Positions 34,255-41,835 of a DNA stretch of 43,746 bases are shown here, one piece after another. The stretch is from Escherichia phage NicoleGrasset_Bas72, in the sequence record PQ850621.1; one strand, written 5' to 3'. The translations under genes and the position numbers were made by a program. A model generated the notes under the pieces. The model was not told the origin of the DNA. It searched no databases and saw only the letters and a program-made list of their open reading frames with translations. Within the stretch, counting starts at the first letter, position 1, and every line of letters starts with the position of its first letter.

Positions 34255-36489
34255 CTATTCCAAATCCTCCTCTGTCACCACCAGCATCTCATTTGGTTCG
34301 TATAGTGTCTTCGGCCTTAATCTATCCCCTATTCTTTCGGGTATACGATATGTTCTCGGTACTACTTCGCCGTTAGCATCGCAACCAAGCATTAGTTCTC
34401 CATCTTTCAACATTTTATCAAGATGGGTGTTAGTCACAGAGAAGTCACCGGAACGAGCCACTATCTGCTGCTGAGTAAAACCGCGACCTGTGTCATCTGA
34501 CTGTTGCAGGTCTTCCAGTGCCGAAAGTATTGACTCCTTCCTTACTTCATCCCTGCCGCGTTTAACTTCTTCCTTTACTTTTTGCTTACCTTCTTTCGTC
34601 AACCCTTCTTCCCGCTCTTTCTCCTCGTCAGTTTTGAACGGCTCGAAACCCCACGGCATCAACACAAGCGCCTTGTGTGGTTCAGGAAGGTCCAGGTTTA
34701 CGATTGTGCCGTATTCTTCTGTGCCCCCCAGGAACTCAACCGCACGGTACTCTTTCGGCGGCGGAGCTTCGCGGAACTGCACAGACTCCAGCACCATGCC
34801 AACCGTTTTCTGTTGAGGACCGTGCTTAAATTTCGAGTGGTATACGTTTATTTGACGGTCGGTTGCACGTTCGATTGTCAGTTCCACGTCAACACCCGCA
34901 TACAGCGCCCCACTGCCGCGTGCTTTCTTTCCACCCTTCGGCGTATGGTGGACAACGCCTACTGCGGCTTTAGTTGCATCGCGTACTTCTTTCAGAATGG
35001 CGATAACTTTACCCATGCCGATTGCTGTTGATGAACTGTTCTCGTCGAACTTATCAATCGTCAGTGCCAGGGTCTGGTTAAGGGTGTCGAACGCAACCAT
35101 GCCAATTGGCTCGTCGCCAGCAGTTTCGCGCATTAACTTAATCAGGCTTTTAAGTTTGCCGACTTCGCCCATATCGATGACGTGTACATAATCTTTACCT
35201 TCCCCGCCATATTTAGCCGCTAGTGCATCAATACGGGTGCGTGTAGCTGCGCCACCCTCACCATCAATATAGAAATGGTGGCAACGCTGGGTATCCGCCC
35301 CCGCAAACCTGTACCCGGCGGCGCTGAGGTACATCATCCCCAGCGTATAGAACGATTTGTACGTGCCAGATTCCCCGACGATATCCCAGATACAATCCGA
35401 CGGCATGTACCCCTCAACGACGAAATCAGCCTTTACCGGCTCCGGTAACTCGTCCCCCTCTGAGTCCTCCTCTGAGTCCTCGTCGTCTTCCAGGTCGTCG
35501 AGGCTGCAAGTTACTGGGTCCTCGTTCTCTGTGCGGTGTAGTTCTTCAATCTCTTCTTCCGGTAAATCAGGCAGAGCCGCACGAATGCTGTTAATGCTGA
35601 TAGGTTGCTTGTCTACGTTAAGCTCGTCTGGCAGGCCGCACATACGCAGGGCCAAATGCTGTCGGCGGTTAAGCTCGGTGCAAGCGCCGTTGTTTGTATG
35701 CTGGCAGACAAAGCGCACTTCTTTACCGTCGAGCATTATGCTGGTGGAGCCCTTGCCTGTATGCAGATGTTCGTTAGGGCATGGCACTTCGTACCCGCGC
35801 CCGGAAGATAAAGCGTCAAGGCCAAGCTCGGCTTCGCAGAAGTGTGCTATATCCGCGTTAAGCCCATGCTCATCAGCGGCAAGTGTTTTAGCCTCACGCT
35901 TACGCAACCCCATCTCTTCGGCTTTCTTGATGTACCGCTCGGCACGGATAACACGCCCTTCTGTAACCGTTATCTTCGACTCTTTGTGCGGCAGGTAGAT
36001 AAGGCGGTTGCCATCTTCCGTGCAGTGGTCGCGCAACGCTTCGTCTATTTCTAACTCTGCACAAATAGCACGTTGCACCATCCACGCGTCGTTAGAGTTA
36101 AACGGCGTGCGAGCTGGAACCAGAACGCGGAAAGCGTAATCTCCGTTTTTACACACATGCTGATGCGATGCCGTTGTATGCAGAATATTGAAGAACGGTG
36201 CGTTCTTGAATTTGCGGGTAAGGTCGCGGTACTGAGTACGGTTGAGATGGTCAAAATCGAACTTAACCACACTGTCTTCCAGAATAGCGTTCTTACGGCG
36301 ACCGCCAACAGGCGCAATAGCTTTCTGTTTAATCTTGGCCGCGTCGTACTCTTCCTTAGTCCATGACGGGTCCACGGATAAACGCTTCGATGTATCGCAG
36401 ACATACTCCACAAACTGCTCGAGCGGCATCTCACGCGCTACAGGGTTTTTATCGAATGTGTTACGCAGCGTTGCAAAAACAATATTCAT
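34255..36489 (-). CDS. primase-helicase (N-terminal primase-like region, C-terminal RecA-like ATPase)
   Basis: Walker A GESGTYKS in C-terminal half; 744 aa; position in replication module; ends with VTEEDLE. Confidence 0.6.
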   Translation of the reverse strand: MNIVFATLRNTFDKNPVAREMPLEQFVEYVCDTSKRLSVDPSWTKEEYDAAKIKQKAIAPVGGRRKNAILEDSVVKFDFDHLNRTQYRDLTRKFKNAPFFNILHTTASHQHVCKNGDYAFRVLVPARTPFNSNDAWMVQRAICAELEIDEALRDHCTEDGNRLIYLPHKESKITVTEGRVIRAERYIKKAEEMGLRKREAKTLAADEHGLNADIAHFCEAELGLDALSSGRGYEVPCPNEHLHTGKGSTSIMLDGKEVRFVCQHTNNGACTELNRRQHLALRMCGLPDELNVDKQPISINSIRAALPDLPEEEIEELHRTENEDPVTCSLDDLEDDEDSEEDSEGDELPEPVKADFVVEGYMPSDCIWDIVGESGTYKSFYTLGMMYLSAAGYRFAGADTQRCHHFYIDGEGGAATRTRIDALAAKYGGEGKDYVHVIDMGEVGKLKSLIKLMRETAGDEPIGMVAFDTLNQTLALTIDKFDENSSSTAIGMGKVIAILKEVRDATKAAVGVVHHTPKGGKKARGSGALYAGVDVELTIERATDRQINVYHSKFKHGPQQKTVGMVLESVQFREAPPPKEYRAVEFLGGTEEYGTIVNLDLPEPHKALVLMPWGFEPFKTDEEKEREEGLTKEGKQKVKEEVKRGRDEVRKESILSALEDLQQSDDTGRGFTQQQIVARSGDFSVTNTHLDKMLKDGELMLGCDANGEVVPRTYRIPERIGDRLRPKTLYEPNEMLVVTEEDLE

Positions 36490-36614
36490 TTCTTTTTCTC
36501 CGCACGTTCTAAGGCTTCCTGCATACGGCGCATTGCGCGGTTCATCTTTACCGGTGCGAAGAAGTCAGCGCCGTGTTTCTGGCGGCGTAGCTGTGGAACT
36601 ATTAACTTTGTCAT
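36486..36614 (-). CDS. small basic peptide (42 aa), putative
   Basis: Stop overlaps primase ATG (ATGA); MTKLIVPQLRRQKHGADFFAPVKMNRAMRRMQEALERAEKKK; not in ORF track. Confidence 0.3.
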   Translation of the reverse strand: MTKLIVPQLRRQKHGADFFAPVKMNRAMRRMQEALERAEKKK

Positions 36615-36653
36615 TGTATAATCCTTATGCTTACTTTGATGATTTGTACTTTA

Positions 36654-36686
36654 GCCCCGACGTTCTGGCGTTGGGGTTTCTTTTTA
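36654..36686 (+). terminator. plus-strand terminator-like hairpin inside minus-strand operon
   Basis: CCCCGACG ttctgg CGTTGGGG (one G-U pair) then TTTCTTTTT. Confidence 0.4.
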
Positions 36687-36974
36687 CCGTTTAGCCAACC
36701 CTTCCAGCAAATTTTTATACTCTTCAAAATATTCCTCGACCAAATCATCGCCGAAATAGAAGTCGATATACTCGAGATTATCTCTTACGTTAAGCGATGC
36801 CGACATGGTGCTTAGTTGGCGTAAGCTAATTAGCTTCATTTCTGTTTCTACGCAGAAAGGCCGGTAGGTATCAAGATGGCAAGAGATATTGAAGCATAAA
36901 GCGAACTCTCCGGCCACGGAGTGAACCATATACACTTCGTTTTCTGCTTTATTGTGGAAAATTACGCCTTTCAT
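36684..36974 (-). CDS. hypothetical protein (96 aa)
   Basis: Co-oriented ORF; overlaps upstream gene stop. Confidence 0.45.
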   Translation of the reverse strand: MKGVIFHNKAENEVYMVHSVAGEFALCFNISCHLDTYRPFCVETEMKLISLRQLSTMSASLNVRDNLEYIDFYFGDDLVEEYFEEYKNLLEGLAKR

Positions 36975-37155
36975 TTCACGTTCTCCTTAATCCATGCTTC
37001 GACTTTATTACGGTCAAATGTTCCCGGTAAACGGCGGCCCATAACCTTAATACAGCAGTCAGGGAATTTGCCGCTGCGCAACCAGTTATTAATGGTCTGA
37101 CGTGTCACCCCGATACGCTCGGCTACCTCATTCTGTGTCATGTAATGTTGCATTT
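36971..37155 (-). CDS. small HTH DNA-binding protein (AlpA/excisionase-like fold), start at internal ATG
   Basis: HTH MTQNEVAERIGVTRQTINNWL; ATG at 37155 with AGGGGA SD; track ORF extends to 37267 but upstream part lacks SD. Confidence 0.55.
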
Positions 37156-37250
37156 TTATATCCCCTGTTTGTTTAGTGAAACCGAGTATAGGATAGCGGG
37201 AATGTAAAAGCAACCAACCCCTGCAATATTTAATCTTTACAAAAAAGTTA

Positions 37251-37280
37251 TTGAAAGTTCTTGACACATGTTTGTATAAT
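37251..37280 (+). promoter_or_regulatory. sigma70-like promoter candidate TTGAAA-N18-TATAAT
   Basis: In divergent control region; would transcribe through palindrome 37307-37347 toward hairpin 37482-37510. Confidence 0.35.
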
Positions 37281-37306
37281 GGTTTTGGGACTTGTATATA
37301 TATTAC

Positions 37307-37347
37307 GGAGTTGACGAACCCTCCCCGAGGGATTCGTCAACCCCTCC
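37307..37347. promoter_or_regulatory. long imperfect palindrome (operator or RNA stem candidate)
   Basis: GTTGACGAACCCTC ... GAGGGATTCGTCAAC, arms about 14 bp with a short central spacer and one bulge. Confidence 0.4.
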
Positions 37348-37481
37348 CAGACAGCTGAGATGCTTGCCTTGTGGTTTAAGGATAAGTGTATCTAAATCTC
37401 ATTTAAAGAAGTAACCCGCTGAAATATCTACTGTTTCTTAATGTGCCGTAGATTCGCAACCGTAAAAATGTAACGATTATT

Positions 37482-37510
37482 GGGCAGGCTTAGGGCCTGC
37501 CCTTTAGTTA
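37482..37510 (+). terminator. terminator-like hairpin in divergent control region
   Basis: GGGCAGGC ttagg GCCTGCCC then TTTAGTT. Confidence 0.4.
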
Positions 37511-37574
37511 CCAAGTAATAAGAATAAAGGCACAACAGTTTCGAAAGAATCACAACGGCAACGTAACTATTCTC

Positions 37575-37603
37575 TTGCACACCCCAACATAATAGGATAC
37601 TAT
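37575..37603 (+). promoter_or_regulatory. promoter, TTGCAC-N17-TACTAT family
   Basis: TTGCAC, spacer accccaacataatagga, TACTAT; about 35 nt upstream of gene at 37638. Confidence 0.55.
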
Positions 37604-37637
37604 TCACTTATCGAAACGAGACAGAGGAGTGAGGGTT

Positions 37638-37829
37638 ATGTTTAAGAAGGGTCAGTTGGTTAAAACTAAACGCGGAGGGCAATATGTATTAGTGTTGCAG
37701 GACGAGAGCGAGTATGACGAGGATAATCTGGTTGACGTATGGGGTCTGGTAAGAAAGAAAACTGGGTTCGCCTCCCGCGATAATTTAGAACTCATCGGCA
37801 ACAATTTTAAATTCAAAGGGACGAAGTGA
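37638..37829 (+). CDS. small early protein
   Basis: GAGGAG SD 8 nt before ATG 37638; downstream of promoter 37575-37603. Confidence 0.5.
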   Translation: MFKKGQLVKTKRGGQYVLVLQDESEYDEDNLVDVWGLVRKKTGFASRDNLELIGNNFKFKGTK

Positions 37830-38065
37830 TGCAAATCATAATTACGGATAACACAGTTGCCTACGAAAAAGGTGGCGACAATACTCTGGAAAGAATAGGC
37901 GTAAATATAGGTGACGTTTTTGATGTGCTTGGTACTGTATCAGGCGGTTGGTGGATTAAGGTTGGACGCAACAAAGTGCCAGTAACTAAGGCCGAAGCGG
38001 AAATATACACAACGGCATCGAATCATGATGCTCGTGCCAACGACTCTGAGGGAGGTTGCCGTTAA
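37829..38065 (+). CDS. small early protein (ITD...GD...F.V family)
   Basis: ATG overlapping upstream stop; paralog pattern shared with 38065-38256. Confidence 0.5.
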   Translation: MQIIITDNTVAYEKGGDNTLERIGVNIGDVFDVLGTVSGGWWIKVGRNKVPVTKAEAEIYTTASNHDARANDSEGGCR

Positions 38066-38256
38066 TGAGAATTCGTATAACTGATGTTGATTATGTGGAC
38101 CCGCGCGATGGTGACGATTTGTCGCTTAGTTACTGGGGAGTTTCGGTAGGTGATGAGTTTGAGGTTTCCCTTGCTGGTTCCGATATGTTCATTATCGAAT
38201 GTGACGCCGGATATGTGGTTGTGCACTCCTGTGAGTGTGAGGTTCTGGAGGACTAA
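38065..38256 (+). CDS. small early protein (ITD...GD...F.V family)
   Basis: GGGAGG SD; paralogous to 37829-38065. Confidence 0.5.
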   Translation: MRIRITDVDYVDPRDGDDLSLSYWGVSVGDEFEVSLAGSDMFIIECDAGYVVVHSCECEVLED

Positions 38257-38259
38257 GTT

Positions 38260-38403
38260 ATGAGAGGAGCATTTGAACGGTGGGCCGTAGTCGAGGGTCT
38301 GCCGGTTAACAAGGGTTCGAAGAAAGAGTACCTGAACGTTAAGACGCGTCTCGCGTGGCGGGCGTGGAAAGCTGGTGTGCAAACGGTGGTGAATACGAGG
38401 TGA
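38260..38403 (+). CDS. small basic protein (47 aa), putative
   Basis: ATG 3 nt after upstream stop; not in ORF track. Confidence 0.35.
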   Translation: MRGAFERWAVVEGLPVNKGSKKEYLNVKTRLAWRAWKAGVQTVVNTR

Positions 38404-38406
38404 GAT

Positions 38407-38631
38407 ATGAGCGAGTGGATTAAGTGTAGCGAGCGGATGCCGGAGCCTTATGAATACGTTCTTGTAACTGATGGTTTTGTCGGTTGTGAGGTTATGCGTG
38501 TTAATTCAGATGGCTACTGGGGACCAGCGAAGAGTTTATACCACGGTGATATCTCCCACTGGATGCCGTTACCCGAGCCGCCAGAAGTGTTATGTTATAC
38601 TGTAACAATAGTTTGGGATTTTACTGAGTGA
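38407..38631 (+). CDS. DUF551-like small protein
   Basis: N-terminus MSEWIKCSERMPEPYEYVLV matches the recurrent W-x-x-C-x-E-R-x-P-E pattern of DUF551 phage proteins. Confidence 0.5.
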   Translation: MSEWIKCSERMPEPYEYVLVTDGFVGCEVMRVNSDGYWGPAKSLYHGDISHWMPLPEPPEVLCYTVTIVWDFTE

Positions 38632-38748
38632 CCTACGCTGCTACACAGCAGCGTATCATTTTTCTCATTTTTGTTCTATTTCACCAAACGCAACAATCGA
38701 AGCGACTATTGCAGGAGACGCAACAATACAAACACCAATAAAATTTAC

Positions 38749-38777
38749 TTGCACACTAATATAGAATAGGCTACTAT
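38749..38777 (+). promoter_or_regulatory. promoter, TTGCAC-N17-TACTAT family
   Basis: TTGCAC, spacer actaatatagaataggc, TACTAT; upstream of 38809. Confidence 0.5.
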
Positions 38778-38808
38778 TCATTTACACAAACGAGAGGAGA
38801 GACAGAAT

Positions 38809-38958
38809 ATGGTTACTTTGATGATTATGGAATTCGAAAACAGCGCCGCAACTTATCGCGAGATGACTATGGCGCAGGCGTACCGCCTGGCCTCGAACGG
38901 CAACTTCTACAAGGCTCAAATCATCAATGAGTTCGGGGTAATTGACTATGAATTTTAG
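38809..38958 (+). CDS. small hypothetical protein (49 aa)
   Basis: GAGGAGAG SD; downstream of promoter 38749-38777; not in ORF track. Confidence 0.4.
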   Translation: MVTLMIMEFENSAATYREMTMAQAYRLASNGNFYKAQIINEFGVIDYEF

Positions 38959-39220
38959 AAGCTACACCGTGACCGTTGATTTTGAGGGGCTGGAGTTGCC
39001 CCTCCCTAACAACTACAGGTATATAACTCGTGACCGTTTCGGGTTTATTCAGGGGTGGCGGAACAAACCTACAGACACTGAGTTCGGGATGTCTGGCGGC
39101 GAAGAGTTGCCGATCACTTTCGGGCATCAGAGTAGTCACGAAGAGCTTAAAACGGTGATTCGTAAGTATCGCCGCCGCGGTAACACGGGGCTTATAGCAA
39201 TAACAGGCGCTGTTGAATAA
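38948..39220 (+). CDS. hypothetical protein
   Basis: ATG at 38948 overlapping upstream gene end. Confidence 0.45.
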   Translation: MNFRSYTVTVDFEGLELPLPNNYRYITRDRFGFIQGWRNKPTDTEFGMSGGEELPITFGHQSSHEELKTVIRKYRRRGNTGLIAITGAVE

Positions 39221-39237
39221 ACGAGAGGAGAGACAGA

Positions 39238-39651
39238 GTGAACACTAAAAACGAAGTATTCGAGTACCTGATTGACCAGCTACGGCAGCAGGTAAATAAC
39301 AACCAGTGCGAAGACCTGGCGCATGAGGTGCAGTCACTTAAAAACCAGTTACGTGATGCTTCGTCGCAGATTAAGGATTTGCATCTGGCGCTGGTTCGGG
39401 CTACGGGTGACGCGGAAGCGTACAAACTTATCCGCAAACAGGAGCAATCCGGTTGCTGTAAAGAGGATACCCAGGAATGCGAGCATGATTGGGTGCTAGA
39501 TGAAAAAGGGGACTACTTCATTTGCGCTAAATGCGGTAAGCAAGAATCGGAATTGAGCGATTGCCAACACGCTAATACCGTCGGTTTGCGCAAAGGCTTT
39601 GCGCAGGGTTTTACTAAAAAGTGTCTTGATTGCGGGGCTAAACTGAAATGA
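39238..39651 (+). CDS. zinc-finger / coiled-coil protein
   Basis: GTG start with GAGGAGAG SD; C-terminal Cys pairs (CAKCGK...CQH...CLDCG). Confidence 0.5.
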   Translation: MNTKNEVFEYLIDQLRQQVNNNQCEDLAHEVQSLKNQLRDASSQIKDLHLALVRATGDAEAYKLIRKQEQSGCCKEDTQECEHDWVLDEKGDYFICAKCGKQESELSDCQHANTVGLRKGFAQGFTKKCLDCGAKLK

Positions 39652-39851
39652 CCAGCATCTTATTTATCTGGGTACTGTCCGCAGGCCAGATGCACCTGGC
39701 GGCATCAGAAACGTTTTACTCGATGGAGGCGTGCCAGTCAGCGGCACGCGCCGCTGAGAACGCGCACTTTCTGTTTCAGGGTGACAAGCCCAACGATTCA
39801 GAGGTACGCGCTATCTGCTCACCTAAGCGACTTGGAAAACAGGAGAAATAA
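39648..39851 (+). CDS. small protein with N-terminal hydrophobic segment (possible secreted or membrane protein)
   Basis: MTSILFIWVLSAGQMHLAASE hydrophobic N-terminus; overlapping start/stop. Confidence 0.45.
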   Translation: MTSILFIWVLSAGQMHLAASETFYSMEACQSAARAAENAHFLFQGDKPNDSEVRAICSPKRLGKQEK

Positions 39852-39852
39852 C

Positions 39853-40056
39853 ATGGTACAGAGATATTCTAAGTATGGGTCCGACAACCATTTCATTGAC
39901 CGCCACGGGAAGTGGGTTAAGTTTGAGGACTACCAGAATCTTGACCTAAAGCTGTTGGAAGTTGAAGCCGAGTTACAGAAATACAAGGACCAGTTCCCGG
40001 ATTACGTCGAGTGCGCGAACTGTGGGTCAGTTACACATGTGGGAGGGGTGGAGTAA
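39853..40056 (+). CDS. small protein, MVQRY paralog 1
   Basis: AGGAGA SD; first 15 nt identical to start of 40056-40250. Confidence 0.5.
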   Translation: MVQRYSKYGSDNHFIDRHGKWVKFEDYQNLDLKLLEVEAELQKYKDQFPDYVECANCGSVTHVGGVE

Positions 40057-40250
40057 TGGTACAGAGATATGAGGTAAAAGCGTGGGGCCTGCCAGAGCCT
40101 GAGATGGCTGAGTACGCATACGGCGATTATGTAGAATATGACGCTTATCTGAAACTTGAAGCAAAGTTACGTGAATTCGCTAAGCAGGTGCTAGATAGCC
40201 CGTGTGACTGGAAGACAAATGAATTAGCGCGCGAGATTCTTGGAATATGA
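40056..40250 (+). CDS. small protein, MVQRY paralog 2
   Basis: GGGAGGGG SD; ATG overlaps upstream stop; shares YxxYxxLxLKLxE pattern. Confidence 0.5.
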   Translation: MVQRYEVKAWGLPEPEMAEYAYGDYVEYDAYLKLEAKLREFAKQVLDSPCDWKTNELAREILGI

Positions 40251-40540
40251 GCCTTGCAACTGACATCCTGAAACGAAGCGGCCTTGCGCCGCTGTCACCG
40301 AGAGCGAAGACACGTATACACAAGCGTCGCCGTAACGTGCTGTACCCAGAGATACAAGAACGGCGTAAAGCTATCCGCGCCTGTGGATTCCAGAACGGAA
40401 AGGCCGTGAATCTAGGAGAGTTTAAAACACAGGAACGCGCGGCAATCGCTAATCGGTTATTTAATTACTGGAAATCGCTCGGATACGATGATATTCCATC
40501 GAAACCGCAGAGACGACAATACATCTGGCGTCATAAATAA
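40247..40540 (+). CDS. small basic hypothetical protein
   Basis: 97 aa; R/K-rich; overlapping start. Confidence 0.45.
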   Translation: MSLATDILKRSGLAPLSPRAKTRIHKRRRNVLYPEIQERRKAIRACGFQNGKAVNLGEFKTQERAAIANRLFNYWKSLGYDDIPSKPQRRQYIWRHK

Positions 40541-40570
40541 ACCGTTATTAAGATAATTCCTAACCGTGCT

Positions 40571-40610
40571 ATCCTCCAGTTACTGCATACTTAATACGCA
40601 CCTGGAGGAT
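40571..40610 (+). promoter_or_regulatory. RNA hairpin sequestering the holin ribosome-binding site
   Basis: Perfect 9-bp inverted repeat ATCCTCCAG (40571-40579) / CTGGAGGAT (40602-40610); the second arm contains the GGAGGA SD of the TTG-start holin. Confidence 0.45.
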
Positions 40611-40615
40611 TCATC

Positions 40616-40924
40616 TTGGATAAATTTACTGAAACAGTGACGGGGTGGCTTCTCGCTGCCGCATTAGCTGGTGGGGTAATAGGCTTACGGCAACACAAAG
40701 CCACTATTACCGGCCCTGTCGATGCTCTCTGTTTTCTCGCCACTGGCTTTGCGTGCGCCGTATTCGGTGCGCCTCTCGCCGCTCAATGGTTCGGTATCGC
40801 AGGTGAACGCGAAATAGCGGGCCTTGGATTCATCATTGCTATTCTCTGGATGCCAATTTATTCCCGTCTCTCTGGCATTGTCGCCGGAGAATACATCGCA
40901 CGTCGCGGAGGTGGTAATGAATGA
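40616..40924 (+). CDS. putative holin (TTG start)
   Basis: Multiple TM-like hydrophobic segments, charged C-terminus RRGGGNE; GGAGGA SD 7 nt before TTG; directly upstream of endolysin. Confidence 0.55.
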   Translation: MDKFTETVTGWLLAAALAGGVIGLRQHKATITGPVDALCFLATGFACAVFGAPLAAQWFGIAGEREIAGLGFIIAILWMPIYSRLSGIVAGEYIARRGGGNE

Positions 40925-41189
40925 GTTATTCTGGTTCGGTGGTATGCTGGCAATCGGGGGCACATCGCTGTTTAATGTGTATCATCCCAGCGTGGACGAC
41001 GGATTATTTGGCCGGGTGCTCTATATCCTGACTGCCATCGTCTGTGCTGCCGGATGTATCCACCTGTTACAGGGCAGCATGTCACCAACGCTGCCTGAGA
41101 CGTTAATCACATTAGTTGCGCTGCGTCAGATTCGCCAGGTGTGGCTGTCATACGGAGGACATAAGCGTGTCTCGAAATATTTCAGATAA
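40917..41189 (+). CDS. second membrane protein of lysis cassette (holin/antiholin-like)
   Basis: Hydrophobic segments FWFGGMLAIGGTSLF and VLYILTAIVCAAGCIHLL; overlaps both neighbours. Confidence 0.5.
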   Translation: MNELFWFGGMLAIGGTSLFNVYHPSVDDGLFGRVLYILTAIVCAAGCIHLLQGSMSPTLPETLITLVALRQIRQVWLSYGGHKRVSKYFR

Positions 41190-41655
41190 TGGATTGCATT
41201 TTACCGCCGCGTTCGAGGGATTCCGAGGAACTGCGTATCGTGCTACGCCAAATGAGAAGTACATGACTATTGGGTACGGTCATTATGGGCCAGACGTAAC
41301 GCCAGGCAAGACCATCACCCCGGGACAAGGCCTCCTGTTACTGAATCGTGATATGGCTAAGGCCGTAGCTGCGGTTGACGCAGCAGCACACCATTCATTG
41401 ACACAGGCACAGTTCGATGCAGTGTGCGACCTGGTATACAACGCAGGTGCTGGTGTGATTGCTGCTACTACCGGCACGGGTAAGGCACTGCGTTCTGGTG
41501 ATATTGCAACGCTGCGGGCTAAGCTGACACTGTTCATCAACCAGAACGGCAGACCGTTACTTGGACTGCGTCGTCGTACCGCCGGTCGTCTGGCGCTGTT
41601 CGACGGTAAACCGTGGCAAGAGGCAGAGGCTATCGGGCGCGCGGTGAAAGGTTGA
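41167..41655 (+). CDS. endolysin, phage lysozyme (GH24, T4-lysozyme-like)
   Basis: GTG start with GGAGG SD; motifs FEGFRGTAYRATPNEKYMTIGYGH characteristic of GH24 lysozymes. Confidence 0.7.
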   Translation: MSRNISDNGLHFTAAFEGFRGTAYRATPNEKYMTIGYGHYGPDVTPGKTITPGQGLLLLNRDMAKAVAAVDAAAHHSLTQAQFDAVCDLVYNAGAGVIAATTGTGKALRSGDIATLRAKLTLFINQNGRPLLGLRRRTAGRLALFDGKPWQEAEAIGRAVKG

Positions 41656-41719
41656 CACCTGAGACTAATCCGACGATACTTAAATCACCTCCTGTTCCAT
41701 ACCTCTGCTCTCCAGTTTT

Positions 41720-41752
41720 ATCCCGGCCCTGACCCAGCCGGGATTTTTTTTA
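41720..41752 (+). terminator. rho-independent terminator after endolysin
   Basis: CCCGGC cctgaccca GCCGGG then 8 T. Confidence 0.75.
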
Positions 41753-41773
41753 TCTATTTTCTGCAATGACTAG

Positions 41774-41802
41774 TTGACTATTACCTACGACCCTATTATA
41801 TT
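41774..41802 (+). promoter_or_regulatory. sigma70-like promoter TTGACT-N17-TATATT
   Basis: Canonical spacing; follows terminator 41720-41752; precedes 41836. Confidence 0.55.
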
Positions 41803-41835
41803 TACTCCATCGACAACGAGAACGGAGTAGAGAAG

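Noticed and set aside
34490-35998. Plus-strand ORFs 34490-34816, 34582-35031, 35357-35998
   Set aside because: Antisense to the primase-helicase gene; no SD; Ser/Cys-rich low-complexity translations.
37261-37280. TTGACA at 37261-37266 as a -35 hexamer paired with TATAAT at 37275-37280
   Set aside because: Spacing is only 8 nt; TTGAAA at 37251-37256 gives a workable 18-nt spacer instead.
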